DNA of 64,000 nucleotides from Octopus sinensis (Eukaryota): NCBI RefSeq assembly GCF_006345805.1, contig NC_042999.1, positions 66,588,001 to 66,652,000 of the forward strand, read 5' to 3'. Shown piece by piece: positions 55,732 to 64,000 of this stretch (position 1 is its first letter; each line of letters starts with the position of its first letter). The notes under the pieces were generated by a model. It saw only the letters and a program-made list of their open reading frames with translations, ran no database searches and was not told where the DNA came from. The position numbers and the translations under genes were made by a program.

Positions 55732-57350
55732 TTATATTTCCTTCGGAGTACGTCAGGCGTGTTTCTGAAGATTCGATTTAAGTTCTCATTAATTTCATAG
55801 CACATACCCGTTTGGTGCTTTTTGTTTCTGAATTTAACCCCAAGCTGTTAATAAAAATCCCAGGAACCCGTTGCTGGGTCCTCCGAGATTGTTTGACACC
55901 GTAAGGGGCAGATTTCAGCCCTCCAAAAAATCGTCCGTGAGGCGTTTTAAAAACAATAATTTATAAAGATGGCAGCGTCCACATCAATATTTGTAAAAGA
56001 AAGATCAGTTCTTCTTCCCAGCCTTCCTACAGCTGAAGACCTCTCTCTCCTCCCTTCACTTACCAAAAATTATGCAGAAGAGACAAAAGTGATGGAAACA
56101 GGCAAATCTCTAATCTGTAGCCAAAAAGAAGGAATAGGTGAGCAGTGGGAAAAATGTTTACAGTCACAATAACAAAAGTGGTGACAAAGCAATGGGGATG
56201 GTGGGAGTACAAACAGCAAAATTTGCTAGATTGTGAAGTATAGCAGCAGTAACGACAGTGGAGGCGCAATGGCCCAGTGGTTAGGGCAGCGGACTCGCGT
56301 TCGGAGGATCGCGGTTTCGATTCCAAGACCGGGCGTTGTGTATGTTTATTGAGCGAAAACACCTAAAGCTCCGGCAGGGGGTGGTGGCGACCCCTGTTGT
56401 ACTCTTTCACTACAACTTTCTCTCTTTCTTCCTCTTTCTTGTCCCCGACTTCCTACGCAACCGCTGAACCTGGATGCACACTCAACCATCCGTCGATGCT
56501 CTCGGTGTCGGGGGTTGACCTGTTTTCTCTTCTGCGGGTCTTACGAATAGCAAAGGACCACGTTTCGGACTTCTCCCACTACGAGCACTGGGATGAAGAA
56601 CGCTTCGCTCAACAAACAAATAAACGAACAAGCAGTAACGACTGCTTCGACAGTAATAGTAACAGTAGCGATGGCAGCAACACAGACGATGGTGGCGGCG
56701 GCGGCGGCCGCGGCGGCAGAAATAACGATAGCTCTGGTGGCGAAGTGGTTAGAGGCATCGGCCGTGGTGGTGATATTAGCAACAGCACAAATGGCTACAA
56801 CCCCACTATCATCACTACCACCACCAGTGATAAGACTTCTTTCCAGGTCTTTGTATTTTGAAAGTTTCTCCGTTACTTTTAGAGAAACATTGTCATCTGT
56901 TGGTATTGATACATTTATCGGAAAGCGGTTTTTCTTGGTCATCTCAGACAACTATATCCAGCATATTGGCCATATTATTATTATTATTTTACTCACAAGT
57001 TAAACTGTTGGGAAAGTAAAGTTCCTAACATCGGGTAAGAACAAATAACCTTAAATGCAAAGAGCCCTCCTAAGTCTCCTAGCTGTCTCCAGGAACATTG
57101 ATTTCTGGAGCTCTACTAATCTGGGTTTTATGCATATTTCCTCTATCCACCTGTTCAAATCCTTATGGATAGTTCCTATAACTACTGGGATACATTTTAT
57201 CCGCACTTTCCAAAGTCTCAGTAATTCAGTACTTTGCTATTTCCTCTATAACTCTCATAATGATTTTATAATCATTTGGAACAGTAAAGTCAATTATCTG
57301 GCACTTTCTATTCTCTTTTATTACAACTAAATCAGGCCTTTAATCTGTTT
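54593..57350 (-). mobile_element. Cluster of 5'-truncated R4/Dong-like non-LTR retrotransposon ends in (TAA)n tracts
   Basis: Minus-strand peptides such as PDIVV...IDVSIP...KYKDL...TIPIIVGALG...QKIALLGTAHILRRTL (REL endonuclease end). Fragments at ~54593-55015, 55070-55450, 55523-55650 and 56835-56972 are mostly bounded by TTA repeats. Confidence 0.75.
56260..56615 (+). mobile_element. tRNA-derived SINE
   Basis: Head ggcgcaatggcccagtggttagggcagcggactc...ggtttcgattcc with A and B boxes, followed by a non-tRNA body. Confidence 0.7.
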
Positions 57351-58282
57351 GTCTGAACGTTAAATCTCGCAGCATTTGATATTTCTTACTTCTTAGTAAG
57401 ATCTTAACATTTTTCTAGGAAAGGTTTTGCTTTATTTTAATTTAATGATAAAATGGAAGAGACTTTCTTAATAACGTACATCTACCGATGCACAGAAACT
57501 CAATGAGGAGATTCCAAAGTTTTATGTAAAACAAAATAACTAAAGTTCAATGAAACAATGAATGAACTGCAATTTTGAGGGTCATGAAATGGGGAACACC
57601 ATAAACATTCATTAGCAATTACTCCGAGGAGGCATATCGTGGTTCCCTATTTCTGAAATGGATGAAATAGAGAACAAATTATTGGTTCGTAAATGTGTAT
57701 ACATAAGTGTATGCATGTATGTCTGTAGATTCGTGTATGAACACACATTTAATTGCGAGTCCATAGGTTCAGTTTAGGTATGCTGTTTTCATAGCCGTGA
57801 GATAAGACACGTATTAAAAACTAGATGCAAGCTAAAAGAGCCAGTAACTGAGATTTTGTCCAGTGAAAGGATAGGGCAGACGGACCTAGTGGAATGGGGT
57901 GGAATGAATTAAAGCAGAATAAGTTTACGATATTATTAATGACATATGAGATGGAGTGAGAGTCGATATGTGGTCTGTTGGAGAAGACCTAAATAGGTAA
58001 CATAGATAGTGAAGGGAACATACTGGACCGGAGACTGGTTAAGGAAAACAATGAGAGATTTCCATCTATAAAAGGAATGGAAAATACAGGGAGTCTGTTA
58101 GTATAACTTTCTCGCGTGAAAAGTGTTGATAGATATTAGGATACAATGGGTAGTAATTCTCTCGAGAGTTGATCACTGACGATAATGAAACTTTTGCACT
58201 TTGTATGTAAAATTAATCATGATAAGTGTGATTAAACTAGGTTCGAAAAACCATTTAACGAATAGGATAATAGACTTCTTAC

Positions 58283-58337
58283 CGTTGGCTACGGTCATCA
58301 ATATTCCCATGATGATGAGAAAGATTACAAAATTCAC
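58283..58337 (-). CDS. Gene E signal-peptide exon (V/M)NFVIFLIIMGILMTVAN(G), start codon GTG
   Basis: Acceptor ttttacAG (58346-58345), UTR GTCCAAC, GTG where paralogs have ATG, 18 codons plus 1 nt, donor GTAAGA at 58282. Function uncertain because of the GTG. Confidence 0.6.
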
Positions 58338-58361
58338 GTTGGACCTGTAAAATACATACAT

Positions 58362-58429
<68 letters not shown>

Positions 58430-58545
58430 GAGTTTTGCACGAAACGTAAAACGAACTTTCTTTTCTTCCTTAAGCGCCTTTTAATACTTTGCATGTACCA
58501 CGTGCTCACATTGTGGTTTTTTCTTGTTTTTTCTTCGTTTTTGTA

Positions 58546-58593
<48 letters not shown>

Positions 58594-58754
58594 TATATAT
58601 ACCGCGTGTGAACCGTTGGATCTTTCCTTCTCCTATGTTTCCGACGAAGAGCTCCGCTCGAAACCTTAAACCCTCCTTTCCTGAGCGTCCAATAATACTA
58701 TATTTGTTCCACGTCCTCGCGTTGTTGTGTTTTGTTGTGCTTTCATGTTTGGAT

Positions 58755-58796
<42 letters not shown>

Positions 58797-59559
58797 CATA
58801 ATATATATATATAGTCGTAGTTGAGTGGTAAGAAGCTTGCTTCTCAACCACATGGTCCTGATTTCAATTACATTGTGTAACACCTTGGCCAAGCATTTTC
58901 TACTAAACCCTCACGCCATCCAGAGCCTCATGTGCGGATCTGTTAGACGGAAACAGAAAGAAACCCGTTATATATATATATATATATATATATATACTTT
59001 TAAATATTTGTTGTGCAAGATTTTTTATGTGAAGTCGTGTGTCGAAACAGATATTGTTGTATTTAGGAATGGTCATTTTCCAGTTTAGCCAATAAAAACA
59101 CACGCACTATATATTTGGTGTTACTTTGCTTCAGTGTTATTTATTTTTTACATTAATCTTAATCTTATTTCGGCCAGAGTTCTTTCGTCACACTCCTGTG
59201 ACCGCATAAGTGGTCCTTTGTTTTCCTCTTACTTATTTGTGTCTCTCCTTACTAACCGTCAGCCATTTTGTATTTCTATTGTATGTCTTCATTTGCGCAT
59301 GTTTATATCTCTATGTGCGTTTATGTTTATTTAGTGTGTGTGTATGTGGGGGATGCCTGTAATATTTGTATCTTCTGTTTATATATGTTCATGTAATTTG
59401 TAAGTTTATATGTTCATGTAATTTGTATTTTGTTTTTTGTTTTTTGTTTTTTGTTTTTTGTTTTTTGAACATATAAAATTACAAATTACATGAACATATA
59501 TAAATAGAAGATACAAATATTACAGGCATCCCCTACATACACACACTAAATAAACATAA

Positions 59560-60090
59560 ACAGTAAGTTGGCAAGAGTGCCCACTTGGCCGTTCTCAAAG
59601 GCACAGTGGAGTACTCTTTTGCCTCTTCTTCGTTCACGAAGCGTACCTCCACTGTGCCGTATTTCCATCCCCTGGCGTAGAAAGTGATCAATCCTTTGAC
59701 TTCCCGCATACACACTTCGGTGGCTTCCATTTCTTCCACTTCCACTGGATTAGTTTCAAGCTTTAGTGTACCATAAGTAATGATTTTCTTTTCAGCTTTT
59801 TGCAAAGATTCCACGAGTAATTAACCGGAGGCAATTCCCCCTCTTTTTTAAACAGTTCATTAAACTTTTTAAAATCCTTGTCGTCCAACGTTACTTCTTT
59901 CGGTTGCAGCACGTCGGCTGACAGGCTTTTGCCTGCCACCGCAGCGTAAGTACCTGTTGGTCGTTCCTCCATTGGACCAGCTTCCACATCTGCAACCCGC
60001 TCTACTCGACGCTTCTCGTCTAGCTATCACATCCGCTATTTATACGTATTGGACTAGACTACTTATCGTCTGGGGCGCGTCCACACAACA
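59560..60090 (-). mobile_element. 5' end and ORF1 fragment of a LINE (L1/Tx1-like), frameshifted
   Basis: TYAAVAGK motif followed by an RRM-like YGTVEVRFVNEEEAKEY across ORFs 59763-59987 and 59533-59814. The clade is inferred. Confidence 0.45.
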
Positions 60091-60138
60091 CATACATGCA
60101 TACATACATACATACATACATACATACATACATACATA

Positions 60139-60175
<37 letters not shown>

Positions 60176-60435
60176 GGAGGTAAATAATTATTAATTTTAA
60201 AAATTAATAATTATTACCAAGTAGTTTCGGTATGGAAATATAAACAATATCGGTAGGAACTTTTACGATGACTGTTTGTTTTCGTTATTTTCCCTTCTTT
60301 TTGCATATGTGAGTTACAAGTAAATGTTATATGGGGAGCGATATTTGTAATAAATAGGAATAAGCGTCTTTTGACTGCTATTTCTAAATTTTCGGTATGT
60401 GGCTAAGCAACTTGTTGCTTAACACTATATATATA

Positions 60436-60498
<63 letters not shown>

Positions 60499-60904
60499 CG
60501 CTGCTGCTACTACTAAATAACGTGCATAGTTTAAAACTTCATGATCTTTTAAAACGTGTATGTTAGAACATATGAGAAGGTATCAATGAAAATGTAGTAA
60601 CATAGTACCAACTGCATCTCAAAGCCTTCTGAGTCCAGAAAATATCTTAGAAGTTATTAACGGTGGTTTACAAAGGTAAATGAAGCTGTGCCTGTCACTC
60701 TAGGCCCGCACAAACAAGACGTCTTCATAACCGTCTGTGAGTGTTGACTCAGAGATGCGCTTTTGCTGCTGCTGCTGCTGCTGCTACTACTACTACTACT
60801 ACTACTATTAATACTACTACTACTACTATCCCTCTCACTACTACTACTACTACTACTACTACAACTACTAGTAATACTACTACAAATACTACTACTACCA
60901 CTTT

Positions 60905-60938
<34 letters not shown>

Positions 60939-61769
60939 GCTACTACTACGGCTGCGACTACTGCTATTTCAACAACTGTGTCGTAATTCTTATAGAAATG
61001 TCAAACACAATCTCTACAAAACAAAACATTTCAGAAACAAACTATGCGCTTCAGCGTCTGTGAATTTTAGCTAACAGACACGCAGCTGCTGCTGCTACTA
61101 CTACTACTACCATTACCTACCTACAACTGCTCCTGCAACTACCTAATACTACTACTAGGGCTACACCTGCTACAACTATCACCACTACTACTATTACTGC
61201 TATTTCACGTATCCCATAGCTATATATATTTCTTTATTGCCCACAAGGGGTTAAGCATAGAGGGGACAAACAAGGACAAACAAAAGGATTAAGTCGATTA
61301 CATCGACCCCAGTGTGTAACTGGTACTTAATTTATCGACCCCGAAAGGATGAAAGGCAAAGTCGACCTCGGCGGAATTTGAACTCAGAACGTAACGACAG
61401 ACGAAATACGGCTACGCAATTCGCCCGGCGTGCTCACGATTCTGCCAGCTCTCCTCCTTTCAGAAATGAATAAATCCTGTTCATTATATATACAACAACA
61501 ATGTCAATCAGTACACAAATATATAGACCTGATACAACCAACATTTAACTATTCAGAATGTAATACGATCGCTACGTTAACATCTCTGACAATTCTATGT
61601 ATATCATGTATATGAAATCTACATCCAAACGCAGACATTTTCAGCCCCTGTATAAAATCACATGCAGTAACATGTTGATACAACCTTTTTTTTTTTTGTT
61701 TCGCAATATATTTCTTCTTTTACTTCTTCTACAGCGGGCTGTACTCTTTAGAAATTTATTCACTATGTT

Positions 61770-62065
61770 GTATATTGTGTTGTGTGGAAAGTTCGTGCCG
61801 AATTTTTAAAGGAAAGCAAAAGGCCAATAAATACTTGCCGTTACATTTTTAAACAAACAAATATGAACCATTTTGTTGCACAATGCATCTCCATCTTCCA
61901 TTTAACTTGAAAATACCCTCTTCCCAGAATTGAGGTGGTTTCAGAGCAAAGAATTCATTAAGGTATCATTTTACGTCATCCAAGGAATTGACATTTTTAC
62001 CTTTAAGACTATTCTGCAGAGACCTGATTAAGTGGAAATCCGAAGGAGCAATATCTGATGAAACC
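61770..62065 (-). mobile_element. Mariner 3' fragment (a related fragment lies at ~29272-29545)
   Basis: Minus-strand DIAPSDFHL...SLQNSL...FWEEGIFKL...W resembles a mariner C-terminus. Confidence 0.65.
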
Positions 62066-62237
62066 ATCCATGAACACACATATACATATGTAGCTACATG
62101 TACGTATGACTTTGTCCCTCACCAATCTTCATAATCCCTGATGTTTTTTTTTACGTAACCATCAGCAAGCGAAGAAAATGATTGAATACGTACCACATAG
62201 TGCAGGCAAATAGTTCCAAACACACCAAGAAGCTTAC

Positions 62238-62450
62238 TTGCAAGTTTTTGTCGTATGTCCTGCAGTAGATGAACATGTTCTTATATAAGAATCATGCTTC
62301 TAGCTGTCGTAAATAAAAAAAAATACATAATACATATTGTTCTATTACTTCTTAATTTCAATGGACATGTCATCGACATTCAAAGGAGCAACTATTGACA
62401 ATACAGTTATATTGTTCATTGTAAGACCTGTCACATTTACGGCCAATAAT
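62238..62450 (-). promoter_or_regulatory. Putative promoter, TATA box and short non-coding first exon of gene E
   Basis: CTTATATAAG at 62280-62289 and donor caa|GTAAGC at 62237. Homologous to 33751-34080. Truncated upstream by a mariner fragment. Confidence 0.6.
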
Positions 62451-62830
62451 CGAAGTCATATCGAAAAGTTCCCGGACTGGCTTTTTTAATAAAACAAACT
62501 TATTCACCTAAGCTTTAACATCATATTCTTCGAAATAGTTACCTTGCTCAGCAACACACCACTCCCAGCGTTCCCGCCACTTTTGGAATCCGGCTTGGAA
62601 GTCGTTTCCCCAGGCGAGTCGAGGACCTTCTGCCATTCGATCTGGATCTCGAAAGCGAAGACTTTTGAGCTGCATTTTCGTCTTGGTGAGGAGATGAAAG
62701 TCCGCAGGGGCTAAATCTGGCGAATACAGTGGGTGCGGAAGCGATACCATGTTGTTTAGCGAGAAACTCAGGAGTGAGGGATGCTCGGTGACAGGGTGCA
62801 TTGTCGTCCTGAAGAATCTAGACGTTAGTA
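62451..62830 (-). mobile_element. Mariner 3' fragment
   Basis: LPHPLYSPDLAPADFHL...KWRERWEWCVAEQGNYFE. Confidence 0.85.
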
Positions 62831-63479
62831 TTACCTGCAAGGACTCATAACACAGACCAAGATCAACAACAGCAATGTCAATAAGTACACACATATATAA
62901 ACGCCTATACACACACACATACGCACTCCCACACATGCAAGCACACTGACTCACACACGCGCCCAAATGTATATATGTAGAGTATGTGCGTATGTATGTG
63001 TGCGACTATGTGTGGGCATGTGACCAGATATGTATATATACTTACTTGTGTATACACACACATATACACATATACGTTGCTATTATGTTAAACTGTCGCA
63101 TGTCCAAATTTGGTCAAATGCGTTTTTTCCAATATTTAATTTTGCTTGCAATAGCCGGTTCTTTTGGTTAAACTATCGTATCTCCAGCTACTTCACATAC
63201 CGACATATGAAAATTGTGAAGGTGTAATACAACAGGTTAGCATTTTTCAAAATTGTAGGAAGTTCCACATACGACAGTTTTGCAAAAATGTTTCTAACTG
63301 AAAATATCATACATGCATGGAGTTACGATTTTATCCTCCCAAAAATGTATTATTTTTAAGCTGAAACTGTTGCTGATGTAAAAAAGAAATGGAATAGTGA
63401 AACTATTTTTTCGTCTTCTGAAAAAGCAACGTTTTGGACTTACGGCACTTTTGCATAGTAGCAACCACACACATACACT

Positions 63480-63533
<54 letters not shown>

Positions 63534-63708
63534 CATGCATACATACATACATACATACATAAATATATACATACATACATACATACATAAATACATACAT
63601 ACATACATACATACATACATACATTAGAGGAAAAAGACATCAAAACCAAGGCAGGACGAGTATCTTAAGTAATTTATAATAATTTAATTGGGGTAAGAAT
63701 GATTTGAA

Positions 63709-63778
63709 GTCTTACAGCTGTTTCTCGGATATTCCAAGTGATAGCATATCCGTACACTGGGTATTCCGTCATCAGAGA
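63709..63778 (-). ncRNA. Type I hammerhead-like motif
   Basis: Minus strand reads tct-CTGATGA-cggaataccc...gaatatccga-GAAA-CAGCTG-TA-aga. Palindromic stem III; stem I is only 3 bp. Confidence 0.55.
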
Positions 63779-64000
63779 GAAAGTGAGTATGTATGAAAGT
63801 GCTAGACATGGAAATTCACAGTTTATAAGGAATAAAGTAGAAGAATAATGAGTAAAATTAGATATAAGAAAACAGACAGAAAAATAAAAGTTTACAGTTC
63901 ATATTTTTCGATGGGGTAGTGAGGCGCAGTGAGAACTTTTAATAACCCTGTCAGTTTTTTTCTTAACTTCTTACACATCTGCAGAACGCATGCCTTTAAA

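Noticed and set aside
56260-56335. tRNA-like sequence
   Set aside because: It is the head of a SINE followed by a SINE body; I could not form a convincing cloverleaf.
58173-58361. ORF resembling the first transmembrane helix of a GPCR
   Set aside because: The hydrophobic stretch is the signal exon, ending at a conserved GTAAGA donor; the downstream frame is not conserved among paralogs.

Overview
This is AT-rich eukaryotic DNA dense in microsatellites, tRNA-derived SINEs, decayed mariner/Tc1, Penelope-like and R4/Dong-like elements. The repeat repertoire looks like an octopus (coleoid cephalopod) genome; that is my inference, not a database result. Almost all ORF-track entries are microsatellite noise. 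Two structured systems lie underneath. (1) A minus-strand tandem family of tiny, spliced, secreted cysteine-rich peptide genes spans about 11.6-62.4 kb. Each unit has a TATA module with a short non-coding exon, a 61-nt phase-1 signal-peptide exon, and a ~100-nt mature-peptide exon with the framework C-x3-C-x18-C-x3/4-C followed by AATAAA. I count 4 signal exons, 6 mature exons and 3 promoter modules. One gene is fully intact (MNFTFLLTILGILMMFALIEG-DYMECRAICQKQYLTGGKSNDHTGFFKCLQDRCRCL), one has an intact mature exon but a GTG start, and the rest are pseudogenised. The mature region is hypervariable, as in toxin or defence peptide families. (2) Type I hammerhead ribozymes occur singly and in a ~489-bp tandem and inverted array at 8.4-10.2 kb that resembles a non-LTR retrozyme able to release circular RNA. 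All translations and foldings were done by hand; repeat boundaries are approximate.
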